A stretch of DNA of 64,000 nt from Nannocystales bacterium (GCA_050633305.1 JBOEGF010000018.1:640001-704000), one strand, 5' to 3'. Shown: positions 10,040-20,689, counted from the first letter of the stretch. Notes: generated by a model not told the origin, from the sequence alone. Made by a program: numbers and translations.

Positions 10040-10660
10040 TGATGAGAGATGATTCAGGTCTCATGTTCATGGGCGTCGATGATGAAGCAGAGCTTCCTGG
10101 CCTTGTTCCTGAGCACAGCGGCTGCGGCCTGCAGCTCCCCGAGCAGTCGGACCAATACGACAACCTGACCAACGTGCGGGGGCTGGCAGCGAAACGCCTG
10201 GGGCGGGTTTCGCCATGGCCGGAGTACGCGTGACATCATCTACTGCCGAGTTCGTCGATTCGTCGGGCGATTCGGGTGCCCTCGAGGACGGAACGTACTC
10301 CCGGGTCGTCACCGAGAGCACCTGGGGAGGCCCCCGCGCGGTGGAGCGGGGACGTACTGGTTGGTTCCCGCCTACCAGCGTCGTCAACCGTTTTCACGCC
10401 GCGGCCCTCGACCTCTCCAACGCCGGGTTCGGTGTCTCGGGCGGGGTGTTGAATGTCCTCGACGACATCATCCGCAACAAGCTCTCCGCCAAGCCGGGCG
10501 GAGGCGTCGCGCGCTCGAACCTGCAACCGGTGGAGCGCGCCAACTTCATCGGTGCCGAGGACGACCTCAACGTGTCGTGGCGCATCATGCCGATGCGGCA
10601 TATCTCGACTTGGGCGGCTACTACAGCTAGCCCGAGCTCGTGGAGCCCGACGAGATGATG
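10040..10660 (+). pseudogene. Possible degraded remnant of an outer-membrane/porin-like gene
   Basis: Protein-like segments scattered across frames (VVNRFHAAALDLSNAGFG, NKLSAK, NFIGAE..VSWRIMP, YLDLGGY) with no coherent long ORF. Confidence 0.3.
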
Positions 10661-10731
10661 CAGGCGGTACGCCCCCGCGACCCGCGGGCCACCGCTGTCA
10701 CCCTCAAGTGGCTGATGTTCTGAGGAGCACG

Positions 10732-11931
10732 ATGATGGATCCCATCTCTCGTATCATCGCCGCACTGCCTCTGATGCTCGCCTTCGGTGCGTCCAGCGGA
10801 TGCAAACCCTCTGCGAAGCTCGCCTCGTTCTCGCAGCTCGAGTATGCGTTCTCCGTCGAGACCGCCAACATCGATGGTACGAGGCTCGCCTACGTCGATG
10901 TCGGGAAGGGCCCGCAGACGTTGGTGCTGATTCACGGATTGGGCAGCTACATGCCCTCATGGCGCAACAACGTTGCCGCGCTGTCCAAGCACGCTCGTGT
11001 CGTCGCGCTGGACCTGCCTGGATATGGACAGAGCGACAAGCCGCTGGCGCCCTATTCGATGGGCTACTTCGTCGCGAAGATTCGTGGGCTGCTGGAGGCG
11101 CTGGACGTCCACCACCCCGTGCTCGTGGGGCATTCGATGGGCGGCCAGATCGCGATGACCTACGCGTTGCAGCATCCTGAGGACGTCGCGGGCTTGGTCT
11201 TGGCCTCACCCGCTGGATTGGAGACGTTCGCGGACGGCGAGGCGAAGTGGCTCGCCAACGCAGTGACCCCGGAGTTCACGTGTCTGGCCTCGGACGAGTC
11301 GATCGACGTACGCCACGCGGGCAACTTCCACGCGATACCCAAGGATGCGGAGTTCATGGTCGCCGACCGCATCGCGATGAAGGGGGCAGCCGAGTTTGCC
11401 GACTACTGCGTTGCGGTCTCGCGCTCGGTCGCCGGAATGCTCGACGGTCCGGTTCATGAACGCCTCGGAGACCTCACCGCGCCGACGCTGGTGAGCTTTG
11501 GCAAGCACGACAACTTGATCCCCAACCCCTTCCTGCATCCGGGCAGCACGGTCCGCCTCGCGAAGCGGGAGGTCGCCCGGATCCCGGGCGCGTCGCTGGT
11601 GGTGCTCAACGCCGGGCACATGGCCCACTACGAGCAGGCCGACGCGTGGAACGACGCAGTGCTTCGGTTTGTCCGGAATCTGCCGATCCCGGAGCCCACC
11701 GAAGAATCGGCGAAGGGGGCCACCGCGACGGTCGAGCAGGAGGCGGACCCCGTCGTGGCCCCGGATCCGGCCGGGGATCGTGAGCCCGGGCCTGTTCCCG
11801 AGCCTGTCAGCTCCGAGGTCCTGCCCGACGCCGACGTGCCCGAGGAGCAGGGCGAGCAGGCTCCATCGGTGCAGGCCGAGCTTCCCGGGCCCTCGGCCCT
11901 CGATCCTTCCGGAACCACCGCCGGGAAGTGA
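10732..11931 (+). CDS. Alpha/beta fold hydrolase (esterase/lipase), probable lipoprotein
   Basis: GAGGAG RBS; LIHGLG, DLPGYGQS, GHSMGG, AGHMAH motifs; Pro/Glu-rich tail. Confidence 0.9.
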   Translation: MMDPISRIIAALPLMLAFGASSGCKPSAKLASFSQLEYAFSVETANIDGTRLAYVDVGKGPQTLVLIHGLGSYMPSWRNNVAALSKHARVVALDLPGYGQSDKPLAPYSMGYFVAKIRGLLEALDVHHPVLVGHSMGGQIAMTYALQHPEDVAGLVLASPAGLETFADGEAKWLANAVTPEFTCLASDESIDVRHAGNFHAIPKDAEFMVADRIAMKGAAEFADYCVAVSRSVAGMLDGPVHERLGDLTAPTLVSFGKHDNLIPNPFLHPGSTVRLAKREVARIPGASLVVLNAGHMAHYEQADAWNDAVLRFVRNLPIPEPTEESAKGATATVEQEADPVVAPDPAGDREPGPVPEPVSSEVLPDADVPEEQGEQAPSVQAELPGPSALDPSGTTAGK

Positions 11932-11992
11932 TGCGCAGTGCCCGAAGAAGACTTGCTCGGTTGGAGACCGGCGGCCATCATGCCGCCCTGCC

Positions 11993-12592
11993 GTGGCTGA
12001 TCCCCGAAACTCTGCGCTGACCGCCCGCGGTCAGCGAACCCGAACCAAACTGCTGGGCGCCGCCGAGCGGGTCTTCGGCGAGATGGGATTCGAGCGCGCT
12101 TCGATCGTGGAGATCACGAAAGCCGCTGGCGTCGCGCAGGGCACGTTTTACGTGTACTTCGAGAGCAAGCAGAGCCTCTTCGCTCAGCTCGTCGATGCGC
12201 TCGGTGCATCGCTGCGCCAAGCTCTGGCAGACGCTACGGTGGGGCTCGATTCTCGAATGGCGGTCGAAGAGGCCGGCTTCGATGCGTTTCTAGGCTTCAT
12301 TCAGGCGCATCGGCACCTCTACAAGATCGTGCGGCAAGCCGAGTTCGTCGACGAAGAACTCTACCGGCGTTACTACACCCGGCTTGCAGAGGGGACGATT
12401 CGCGCGCTGGAGTCGGCGATGGCGGAGGGCGAGTTTGTGACGCGTGATGCCGAGGCCATCGCGTACACGCTCATGGGCATCTTCGATTTCATCGGGATGC
12501 GCTGGGTGTTGTGGGAGGGCAAGTTGCCACCTCCGCAGGTTCGGGAGTCGGTGTTGAGCTTCATCGCCGCGGCGCTCAGCCCACGGGCGTAG
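11993..12592 (+). CDS. TetR/AcrR family transcriptional regulator
   Basis: RGQRTRTKLLGAAERVF..ASIVEITKAAGVAQGTFYVYFESK helix-turn-helix; GTG start estimated. Confidence 0.9.
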   Translation: MADPRNSALTARGQRTRTKLLGAAERVFGEMGFERASIVEITKAAGVAQGTFYVYFESKQSLFAQLVDALGASLRQALADATVGLDSRMAVEEAGFDAFLGFIQAHRHLYKIVRQAEFVDEELYRRYYTRLAEGTIRALESAMAEGEFVTRDAEAIAYTLMGIFDFIGMRWVLWEGKLPPPQVRESVLSFIAAALSPRA

Positions 12593-12654
12593 GCCAGCGC
12601 ACATCGCAGTCGTGCGTACGGGTTTGCGTGGAACTGAAATGTGAACCATGTTTC

Positions 12655-13968
12655 ATGTTAGTTGTGAAACACCGGAGAGCTCAGGCTTTGGGACGGGCAG
12701 CGGGGTTTGCGGCGTTGGTCATGGCGGCGCTCGCGTGCAGTGAGGCACACGCGGAATGGACGGCCGAGGTGCTTGGGGGGATGAACGTCCAGATCTACGC
12801 ACCTGCGGCGAGCTCACCGGTGGGATCCGGTCGGGCGTTGATGGTGGTGTTGCACGGCTGCACCCAAAACGCGGTGGTGCTGCGAGACGATGGGAATCTC
12901 GAGCCGGCCGCCGACTCGCTCGGTGTCGTGATGGCGGTTCCGGCGGTCCCCGGCGGCGGGGTGCTGGCGGGCTGCTGGGACTACTACGGTTCTCTGCACA
13001 CGCGAACCTCCAGCCACAACGGTCCCGTCCTCGACATGGTCGAGCAGCTCTTGAACGACCCCGCGCTTTCGATCGACCCCAACCAGGTGTACGTCGCCGG
13101 TCTCTCGTCGGGGGGCGGCGAAGCGCTGGTGTTGGGATGCGTCGCTCCGGACATCTTTGCGGGTGTCGGCGTGGTCGCGGGGCCTTCGTTGGGAACCGCG
13201 TCCTCGGAGATTGGGGTCGTCAGCACGACGGCCGTCGAATCCGCGGCTGCATGCGAGCTGCTCGCCGGGGACCATGCGGCGTCGCTCCAGACACAGGCGG
13301 CGTTCACGTTTGCCGATGGGACCGACTTCACGGTGGCGCCCGGCTACAACGCCGTGAACGCGGAGATGTTCGGCCTCGTCTACGCGGATGGGCTGGGGAA
13401 CATGGACGCCGAGGCCCTCGATATGGCCGAGTTGCCCGGGGTGATGCCCGCGGGTCACTGGACGACGTACGCCGACGCGGACGGCGTTCGTATCGCGCAG
13501 CTCGACTCCAGCGCGGGCGAGGGACATGCGTGGCCATCGGGGTCGGGCGTTACGGGCGGCTTGCTCACGTACGTCAACGGCAACGGTCTAAACATCTCTC
13601 AGTTCGCGGCCGAGTTTTTTGCCGCTCATAACCCTCGCGCGGGCGGCTGGACACCACCATCGGGCGAGACCGACGGGTCGACTGGGGGCGGGGAGTCCGG
13701 CGACGCCGCGACGACCGACGGTCCGTCTGGCGTGGGGTCGTCGAGCTCCGGAAGCTCCGCGGGGGGATCGGACCCGACCGACGCCTCCAGTGCCGGGAGC
13801 GTCGACCCCTCGGCCAGCAGCGGGGACGGGTCCGGAACGGGCGGTGCGGACGCGCCGGATCCGTCTGGGTGCTCCGTTCCCGCTCGCCCCGCGTTGGGCA
13901 CGGTGATGATGCTCGGCTTGCTGCTGCTGGGCCTACGCCGCCGCCGCCCTCGCACCCTGAGCGTATGA
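12655..13968 (+). CDS. PHB depolymerase family esterase with MYXO-CTERM sorting signal
   Basis: VVLHGCTQ, CWDY, IDPNQVYVAGLSSGG, GHAW; C-terminal GCSV...LGLLLLGLRRRR. Confidence 0.85.
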   Translation: MLVVKHRRAQALGRAAGFAALVMAALACSEAHAEWTAEVLGGMNVQIYAPAASSPVGSGRALMVVLHGCTQNAVVLRDDGNLEPAADSLGVVMAVPAVPGGGVLAGCWDYYGSLHTRTSSHNGPVLDMVEQLLNDPALSIDPNQVYVAGLSSGGGEALVLGCVAPDIFAGVGVVAGPSLGTASSEIGVVSTTAVESAAACELLAGDHAASLQTQAAFTFADGTDFTVAPGYNAVNAEMFGLVYADGLGNMDAEALDMAELPGVMPAGHWTTYADADGVRIAQLDSSAGEGHAWPSGSGVTGGLLTYVNGNGLNISQFAAEFFAAHNPRAGGWTPPSGETDGSTGGGESGDAATTDGPSGVGSSSSGSSAGGSDPTDASSAGSVDPSASSGDGSGTGGADAPDPSGCSVPARPALGTVMMLGLLLLGLRRRRPRTLSV

Positions 13969-14604
13969 CAGCCCGATGGAGCGCCGCACATGGGCGCCGC
14001 GCTCCAGCGTGTCGAGCATGCTGTGTGCGACGTCGGCACGGCTGATCTTCCACGTCAGGCCGCTGGTCTGATCTCCGAAACCCGACTCGTAGGTGCCCGA
14101 AACCGGGTCGTCCGTGAGGTAGGGGGGGCGGATGAGTGTCCAATCGACGTCGCTTGTCATGATCGTCTGCTCTTGCGTCTCGTGGTCGGCGATCACGTGA
14201 CGGAGAAAGAACGGGAAGATGATTGCGCGGGTGAAAAGCGGGACGTGTTCGCGGGTTTCGGCGATGCCATAAACCGACACGGCGACAAGTCTGCGAACGC
14301 CGGTCTTGCGCATCGCATCGACCGTGGCGTGTGCGGCTCGGGTCCGAATCTTGTCCTTGTTCCGCGCAGGTGCCCCCAACGCGCTCAGCACGGCATCCGT
14401 ACCTGCGAGCAGCTCAGCGACGTCCTCGGGCTCGGTAGCGTCGCCCCGTACGATGGTGAGATTGGGGTGTTGCACGTCCAGCGAGCTGCCGCGGCGGACG
14501 AGGGCACGGACCTGGTATCCGCGCTCGAGGGCCTGTTCGAGCAGGCTCCGACCGATCCCGCGGGTGGCTCCAAGGAGGGCGAGGGTTGCGTTGGCGTTGG
14601 CCAT
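13933..14604 (-). CDS. NAD(P)H-binding oxidoreductase (flavin reductase/BVR-B-like)
   Basis: LLGATRGIG Rossmann motif, DWTLIRP, KISRADVA. Confidence 0.85.
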   Translation of the reverse strand: MANANATLALLGATRGIGRSLLEQALERGYQVRALVRRGSSLDVQHPNLTIVRGDATEPEDVAELLAGTDAVLSALGAPARNKDKIRTRAAHATVDAMRKTGVRRLVAVSVYGIAETREHVPLFTRAIIFPFFLRHVIADHETQEQTIMTSDVDWTLIRPPYLTDDPVSGTYESGFGDQTSGLTWKISRADVAHSMLDTLERGAHVRRSIGLSYAQGARAAAA

Positions 14605-14621
14605 GAATGCAATGTGCGGCC

Positions 14622-14635
14622 TTCATCGACATGAA
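14622..14635. promoter_or_regulatory. Palindrome TTCAT-N4-ATGAA in the divergent LysR promoter region
   Basis: Inverted repeat between the oxidoreductase and LysR starts; plausible LysR-binding site. Confidence 0.35.
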
Positions 14636-14660
14636 TCCAATGGAGTATGCTTGTGGCGCC

Positions 14661-15611
14661 ATGACTCTGGCTCATGATGATGTCGAGGCCCTGCGCGGGG
14701 TTGATCTGAACCTTCTTGTCGCGTTTGACGCGGTGGCGCGGACCGGGAATGTCACGGCGGCAGCGCGAGTCGTCGGGGTCACGCAGTCGGCGATGAGCCA
14801 CGCGTTGCGCCGTCTCCGGGCGTTGTTTGATGACCCACTCTTCGTTCGCAGTCCCGGCGGTGTCTCGCTGACTCCACGCGCCGAGGGGCTGGTGGTTCCG
14901 CTACGCAATGGCCTGGTCATCCTCGCCAGAGCGCTGCATGAACCGGGCGAGTTCGAACCCAAGACCACCTCCCGTACCTTCGTCGTGAGCGCCGTCGATC
15001 TGGTCACGTGGGTGGGGGTGCCCGAGATGCTCCGGGTGCTCGCCGCCGACGCGCCGGGCGCCGCGCTCACCGTGCGTCCGTTGGGGGCCGAGTTCGCGCA
15101 TGGGCTCGAGACCGGGGAGATCGATCTCGGCGTTGTGCCTCTGCTCGAAGACCCCGAGCCGTTCGACCGCGGTTTCCAGCTCCCGGGAAGCCTGCGGCAG
15201 CGAGTGGCTCGCCGCGACGGCTATCGCTGCTACGTTCGTGAGCAACACCCCGCGTTGGGGAAGGTGAAACGTCTCAGTCGAAAGGCCTACGCGGGTCTCG
15301 ACCACGTGCTGGTCTCGCCCCGGGGCTCGGGCACAGGCGTGGTCGATCGAGTCCTGGCGCAAGCCGAGCTCGAACGCAGCGTCCGCTTGCGTGTGCCGAG
15401 CTTTCCCGCCGCGCTGCAGGCCGTCGCGTGCAGCGACCTGGTCCTGACCGGACCCACGGCGCTCGATGGTCTTGTCCCAGGGGTCCGTTCACTCCCGGTC
15501 CCTATCGGCTTGCCCAAGCACGCGATCACCTTGGTCTGGCATCCGCGGATGGATGCAGACCCGGGGCATCAGTGGTTCCGCAACATCGCCGCGGAGGCAC
15601 TCCGCGGTTGA
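14661..15611 (+). CDS. LysR family transcriptional regulator
   Basis: DLNLLVAFDAV..NVTAAARVVGVTQSAMSHALRRLRALFDDPLFVR; LVWHPR..DPGHQWFR. Confidence 0.92.
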   Translation: MTLAHDDVEALRGVDLNLLVAFDAVARTGNVTAAARVVGVTQSAMSHALRRLRALFDDPLFVRSPGGVSLTPRAEGLVVPLRNGLVILARALHEPGEFEPKTTSRTFVVSAVDLVTWVGVPEMLRVLAADAPGAALTVRPLGAEFAHGLETGEIDLGVVPLLEDPEPFDRGFQLPGSLRQRVARRDGYRCYVREQHPALGKVKRLSRKAYAGLDHVLVSPRGSGTGVVDRVLAQAELERSVRLRVPSFPAALQAVACSDLVLTGPTALDGLVPGVRSLPVPIGLPKHAITLVWHPRMDADPGHQWFRNIAAEALRG

Positions 15612-15654
15612 GCCGACGATTCTCTTCGCTGACGATCGACGGTAGTCTGCGCGC

Positions 15655-16740
15655 ATGAACTTGCGATGGAGCGCTGCAGCCTGCCTCTTGGTGGCCCAGT
15701 CGTTGGCCTGCGGAGACGACTCGGACTCGGGGCCCGCGCCGGGATCAACGGGGGCGGTGACAGCTGGCGAGAGTACGGGGTCCGAGTCCGGTTCCACGCA
15801 AGCAGGGTCGTCGAGCAGTGGCGGTTCCAGCACGACGTCTGTCGATGACGGCGAAAGCAGCAGCTCGACCACGGGCGCGCCCTCGTCGTGCTGGGACGAC
15901 CTCGAGGTGGGGGAGGTCGAGGTCCTGTACGAGGGGTTTGCCGAGGGGAGTGAGGGAATCGCGTTCACCTCCGACGGGCGCCTCATCGTCACGACGCTCA
16001 GTGATGGGGTGGGGACCCTGTGGGAGATCAGTCCGGAGGGCGTCGCCACGGAGTTCGTACAGGTGCCCTATGCCCTCGGCCTGGCACCGCGAAGCGACGG
16101 CAGCCTGGTGGTCGCAAGCCTCGGGGAGATCATGGAGCCCGACGGCGGGGTCTACGAGGTCTCGAGTCGCGGTCGGGCAACCTTGCTCACCGAAGGCATC
16201 GACAGCGCAAACTTCGTCGCGCTCGCGCCCGATGGCTCCATCCTCGTCTCCGACGACTTTGATACCCGGGTGTTCCGCGTTCAGCAGGACGGAACCCTCT
16301 CGACCGTGATCGAGGACGTGCCCTCACCCAACGGCATCGCCTACTCCCCGGACAACACCGCGTTCTACGTGGCGTCCACGTTCAGTGTGAATGGGGAGCT
16401 GACCCGGTACGACGTCGATGGGGACGGCCTTCCGATCGAGTCGAGCGCGGTCGAGATCCTCCACACCGGGCCAGGATCGGTGAACGACGGCATTGGCGTC
16501 GATGTGGATGGGAATGTCTACGTGCTCGCGAACTTCTCCGGTGAGCTGTGGCGAGTCGATGGAAACGCGACCGAGCTGCAGGACGGGGAGGTGCTCGTCG
16601 AGGGGCTGGACTCGCCTGCGAGCATGGCGTTCGGTCGGGGCAAGAACTTCGACCCGTGCTCTGCGTACATCACGGAGCTGTTGGGCCCCCGGGTCGTTCG
16701 AGTCTCGCTCGGCGTGGAAGGAGCTGCTCTGCATGACTAA
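15655..16740 (+). CDS. SMP-30/gluconolactonase-like beta-propeller lipoprotein
   Basis: Lipobox SLAC; SEGIAF, PNGIAYSPD, NDGIGVDVDGNVYV repeats. Confidence 0.8.
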   Translation: MNLRWSAAACLLVAQSLACGDDSDSGPAPGSTGAVTAGESTGSESGSTQAGSSSSGGSSTTSVDDGESSSSTTGAPSSCWDDLEVGEVEVLYEGFAEGSEGIAFTSDGRLIVTTLSDGVGTLWEISPEGVATEFVQVPYALGLAPRSDGSLVVASLGEIMEPDGGVYEVSSRGRATLLTEGIDSANFVALAPDGSILVSDDFDTRVFRVQQDGTLSTVIEDVPSPNGIAYSPDNTAFYVASTFSVNGELTRYDVDGDGLPIESSAVEILHTGPGSVNDGIGVDVDGNVYVLANFSGELWRVDGNATELQDGEVLVEGLDSPASMAFGRGKNFDPCSAYITELLGPRVVRVSLGVEGAALHD

Positions 16741-17002
16741 GCGCTTCACCTTGGGCCGTCGTCCGATCCTGGCTATCGGGATCGTCTGCGGCCTGATCGC
16801 CGCGGTGTTTCAGGGGTGGGCGCTGCACTTGTGGTTGGGCACGGGGTTTTGGTTTTGGATGCTGCTGTTTCCCGTCTGTGCGGGGGCACTGCAGATGGTG
16901 GCCGGCACGGTCGCCCTGACGCTGCACAAGCAGTACGGCGACCCGAACGAGGAACTGCTGCCTGGGCTTCGTGAAGTGGTCGCAACCCTGAAAAAGCGGT
17001 AG
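16733..17002 (+). CDS. Small membrane protein (two TM helices)
   Basis: Overlaps the upstream stop; two hydrophobic segments. Confidence 0.6.
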   Translation: MTKRFTLGRRPILAIGIVCGLIAAVFQGWALHLWLGTGFWFWMLLFPVCAGALQMVAGTVALTLHKQYGDPNEELLPGLREVVATLKKR

Positions 17003-17026
17003 CCCTCGCGGAGGTCTCGGGTTCGG

Positions 17027-17797
17027 CTACGGGGTGTATCGCCCCCCAAGGTAGGTCGCGGCGGTGGTGTGGGTGGCGTTGAACACCCCGATCCGTTGCA
17101 GGATCTGCGGGTTCGCGTCGCGGAAGCGCTGACCCTGACCCGGCTCCTGGTAGTAGAGGATATCGATCGTGTCGGGCCGGGAGACACCGAGGGAGGCGGT
17201 CGGGGTGAAGCGCCCGTCCGGCACCCACGTGTCCTCGAGCTCGGCGGCATCGGTCGAGAGCGCCACAAGGTCGGTCTCCCGTGCTGCCGGGTTGATGTTG
17301 TTGAAGTAGCTGACCTTCAGGACGGACTCCGCGTTGCTGGGAGGCACCCGCGGCGAGGCCTCCGCAAGCGTACCCTCGATGAGCCGCCCCCCGGCGCGTA
17401 CGAATGCATCCACGTGCCCGGCATCCCCGAGTGCGGAGAGTACGGGTTGGGAGCATCGGTAAAGCCTCCATTGCTTGGTGTCCTCCCAGCCACGGCTGCC
17501 TTGCGCACCACCCACCGCCGAGGTGCGGTAGAGCTGGCAGTCGGTGGAGTCGAGGAGCGGCTCGGCCTGAGACCACAGTCCGCTCGACTCCGCGGTCTCG
17601 GTCGCAAGCAAGGCGTGGACGACGGGAGTCGCGCCGGCCCCATCCTCCAAAGAGTGTGTTGGTGTGCCCTCACCGCTCGGTCTGTTCGGTGCCGCACGGT
17701 CGGGCCCTGCCGTGGCGCACCCGGCAACGAGCGCCATCCCAAGAAGGTTGAAGCCCAGCCGCGACCGGCTCGAATCGTCGTACTCAGATCGAATCAC
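17027..17797 (-). CDS. Hypothetical lipoprotein (start uncertain)
   Basis: Lipobox LVAGC; divergent from a LysR gene. Confidence 0.55.
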   Translation of the reverse strand: MIRSEYDDSSRSRLGFNLLGMALVAGCATAGPDRAAPNRPSGEGTPTHSLEDGAGATPVVHALLATETAESSGLWSQAEPLLDSTDCQLYRTSAVGGAQGSRGWEDTKQWRLYRCSQPVLSALGDAGHVDAFVRAGGRLIEGTLAEASPRVPPSNAESVLKVSYFNNINPAARETDLVALSTDAAELEDTWVPDGRFTPTASLGVSRPDTIDILYYQEPGQGQRFRDANPQILQRIGVFNATHTTAATYLGGRYTP

Positions 17798-17890
17798 CCG
17801 CTCAACGTGGTGCGTGATGCGTGGACTGTAAACTGACCAAATCTGAGACGGCATGGATGAAAAATGTTCCACTTCCCGTAGGCTGTTGGG

Positions 17891-18760
17891 ATGCTGGATT
17901 GGGACGACATCCGCGTGTTTCTCGCCATCGAGCGCTCGGGAACCATCCGCGGCGCTGCCCGGGCGCTTGGGGTCACCCATGCGACCGTGGGCAGACGGAT
18001 CGCCAAGCTCGAGGACGAACTCGAGACGCAGCTTTTTGAGCGCCTCCCCCACGGGTTACGTCCTACGCCCGCGGCCGCAGCGATCAACGAGACGGCGCAG
18101 GAGATCGACGCGATGATCGCCCGCCTCGCACGTGAGGCTTTCGCCCTCGACCAACAACCCGCGGGCAAGGTTCGCGTTTCCATGCCTGAGTCGATAGCGG
18201 CTCGTTTCGTGACCGCGCGGCTTCCCGAGTTCTGCGAACGGTTTCCCCAGGTCGAGCTGGAGCTCTCGTTGACCAACGCGTTGCTGAGCCTGACGCATCG
18301 TGAGGCCGACATCGCGATCCGTCTCAGCGCCAAGCCTCCCCAAGATGTCATCGCCCGGAAGCTCGCCGAAAGTCCGTTGTGCGTGTTCGCTGCGGGCTCG
18401 TACCTCGAGCGCCCGACGGCCCGGGAGCGATGGGTGAAGCTGGACTACGAACCCGCCGCTGCGCTGGCTCCTGACGCGATACCTTCGGTGACGATTCATG
18501 GGTTGCTCGCGATGCAGCAGGCGCTGGAGAGCGGTGTCGGCAAGGGTGTCTTGCCGTGTTTCTTGGGGGACTCCTCGGAGCTTCTGCGCCGAGTCCCCGG
18601 TGCCCAACCAGTACCGGACCTCGATCTGTGGATGCTGATCCATCCCGACGTTCGGCGAGTTCGCCGGGTGCGGGAGGTGTCCGCTTTTTTGACCGATATC
18701 TTCGCCGCGCAACGTGATGTGATCGAGGGTCGCCGGCCGAGAGGGCGGAGCTCGCGCTAG
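17891..18760 (+). CDS. LysR family transcriptional regulator
   Basis: MLDWDDIRVFLAI..GTIRGAARALGVTHATVGRRI; READIAIRL. Confidence 0.92.
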   Translation: MLDWDDIRVFLAIERSGTIRGAARALGVTHATVGRRIAKLEDELETQLFERLPHGLRPTPAAAAINETAQEIDAMIARLAREAFALDQQPAGKVRVSMPESIAARFVTARLPEFCERFPQVELELSLTNALLSLTHREADIAIRLSAKPPQDVIARKLAESPLCVFAAGSYLERPTARERWVKLDYEPAAALAPDAIPSVTIHGLLAMQQALESGVGKGVLPCFLGDSSELLRRVPGAQPVPDLDLWMLIHPDVRRVRRVREVSAFLTDIFAAQRDVIEGRRPRGRSSR

Positions 18761-20589
18761 CTGCTCACGTCCTGGGGCCAGACCGCGCTCGCCCAGGTTT
18801 TCGCGGAAGGGTCGCTGCTGGGCAAGGGCCAGGAGATCGACACGCCGGTCTTGGCGGCTTTGTAGACGAGCAGCTCGTACAGAGCACGGTCCTGCTCGGA
18901 GAGGTAGACCGGGGCCGACTGCAGCGCCCATTCGACTCGCGCTCGGACCATGTCCCATTCGCCCTCGGCGGCGAGCACCAGGGCATCGGCCAGCCGAGTT
19001 GCGAACGGGGCGTTGCCCCACGCGGTGCGGCTTTGCGCCGTGTCCCACTCGTTTCCACGCTCGGGGAGCACGGACATGAGTCGGCGGGCATCCGCGAGGT
19101 GCCCGGTCAGCGTGGCGACGCGGACCAGCGCACTCCCGGCCCCGTACATGGATTCGTCGTGCTGAAGTCGGCCCGAGAACCCCTCGAACCACCACGCGAC
19201 GTGCTGCCACGCCTCGTCATGTTCGAGTCGTTGCAGTGCTTCGTGTGCCTGCGCGACCGCGACGTAGACGACCATCGTGCCCTCGGGGATCGGCAACAGT
19301 TTGCGGTACCCGCTGGTCCGCGCCACCGGTCCGGGCGGTCCCGACGCGCACTCCACCAGCCACGGCTCTGGCGGGGCGGGCAAAAGCGACGCCAGCGGTG
19401 CGATTCGGTGTGCGCGTCGAAGTGTTTGCGTTCGTCGGGAGCCCCAGATCGCGGCGATCGGCGTCCCGAAGTAGATGCTCATGAACACACCGACCAGGGC
19501 GCCGACAGCAACAGAGCCGCCGGCGAGGCCCAGGGCCGAGCAAACCATGAGAATCCCGGTGTAGGTCGCCCCGAACGTGGCTGGCGCTTCGGACGTCGGT
19601 GCGATGGCATCGTTCTGCTTGGCCAACGCCACGACCGCTTTGGGTGCGGCCACGGCCAGCGTCCGTGTCATCGCGACAGGTTCCTCGAGGCTCGCCTCGC
19701 GGTAGCCGCTCGCGTCGAGGAGTTGCATGCGAGGGAAGAGCTGCCGCAACACGTCCCGGAAGTGGTCGCCCCGGTCGCCATCGAGTCGTTCGTGCAGGGC
19801 GTCGAGGAGATGGTGCAGACGCTCCGAGGCGACGCCGAGCCCGATGATGTGAAGGGTCGGGAATCGTTGTTGGAGATCGGTGCCTCGGCTGTCACGCCAC
19901 GATTGAGCCAGAGCGCCTTCGTCGGGCTCGGCGGCGCGCTCGAGCACGCGAAGCAGGGCCAACAGAGCACGGCCGTCCTCGTCGATGTCCTTCTCGTTGA
20001 AAGCGTCGCTGGGGGCAACGCCGGACTCCGCAAAGCTTCCCGGAGACAGCCACGCCAAGATGGAACGCAGCAGTTCGCCACGCAGCCCAACCTCCCAGTT
20101 GCGGCGACGACGGGCCTTGTCGATGTCTTGCTCTTGGATCGAGAGTGTGTCGATGGCACCCCGGACGTCACCTTGTTCGACCCGGTGCAAGGCGACAAGA
20201 GCCGCCGCTTCGAGGCGAACTTCGGGCAGAGCGCCGGACTGCGCCACCGTTTCGAGTGCAGCAAGACCTTGCGCCGTGTCGCGGAGGTAGGATGCTCGTG
20301 CCGCGGCGAGGCTGGCCTTGCCACGGTTTGTCAGGCGGTGGTTCGCGAAGGCGATCGTCAGTGGGACCGTGAACATCCCCGCGACGGCCGCACCGAGTCC
20401 CCCGGTTCCGAAGACAAGGGCGAGCAGAGCGCTGCTGCCGAGCGCCCCCGCGATCGGAGCACCAAAAAGCACCGTTGCGAGCTCGGGACCCGCGTGTCCT
20501 TCGGGGTAGAACTCCGGCGCGCGGCGCAAGGCGTCCGGGCTTCGGCGGGCCAGGGCGGTTGTCGCCTGCGGGACGGGGGGGTCCGTCAT
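18757..20589 (-). CDS. Hypothetical membrane protein
   Basis: Long ORF with two TM-hairpin regions, each followed by a helical region. Confidence 0.6.
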   Translation of the reverse strand: MTDPPVPQATTALARRSPDALRRAPEFYPEGHAGPELATVLFGAPIAGALGSSALLALVFGTGGLGAAVAGMFTVPLTIAFANHRLTNRGKASLAAARASYLRDTAQGLAALETVAQSGALPEVRLEAAALVALHRVEQGDVRGAIDTLSIQEQDIDKARRRRNWEVGLRGELLRSILAWLSPGSFAESGVAPSDAFNEKDIDEDGRALLALLRVLERAAEPDEGALAQSWRDSRGTDLQQRFPTLHIIGLGVASERLHHLLDALHERLDGDRGDHFRDVLRQLFPRMQLLDASGYREASLEEPVAMTRTLAVAAPKAVVALAKQNDAIAPTSEAPATFGATYTGILMVCSALGLAGGSVAVGALVGVFMSIYFGTPIAAIWGSRRTQTLRRAHRIAPLASLLPAPPEPWLVECASGPPGPVARTSGYRKLLPIPEGTMVVYVAVAQAHEALQRLEHDEAWQHVAWWFEGFSGRLQHDESMYGAGSALVRVATLTGHLADARRLMSVLPERGNEWDTAQSRTAWGNAPFATRLADALVLAAEGEWDMVRARVEWALQSAPVYLSEQDRALYELLVYKAAKTGVSISWPLPSSDPSAKTWASAVWPQDVSS

Positions 20590-20633
20590 TCCGCGGATGA
20601 TATCGACAGTCGATGGGCTGGCAACGGCCAATT

Positions 20634-20670
20634 GAAAAAGGCGAGGGCCCCGGAGGGACGCCTCGCCTTT
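20634..20670 (-). terminator. Rho-independent terminator downstream of the DUF5684-like gene
   Basis: Stem AAAGGCGAGG...CCTCGCCTTT followed by a T-run on the minus strand. Confidence 0.7.
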
Positions 20671-20689
20671 CGGCCGAGTACGAGGGACG

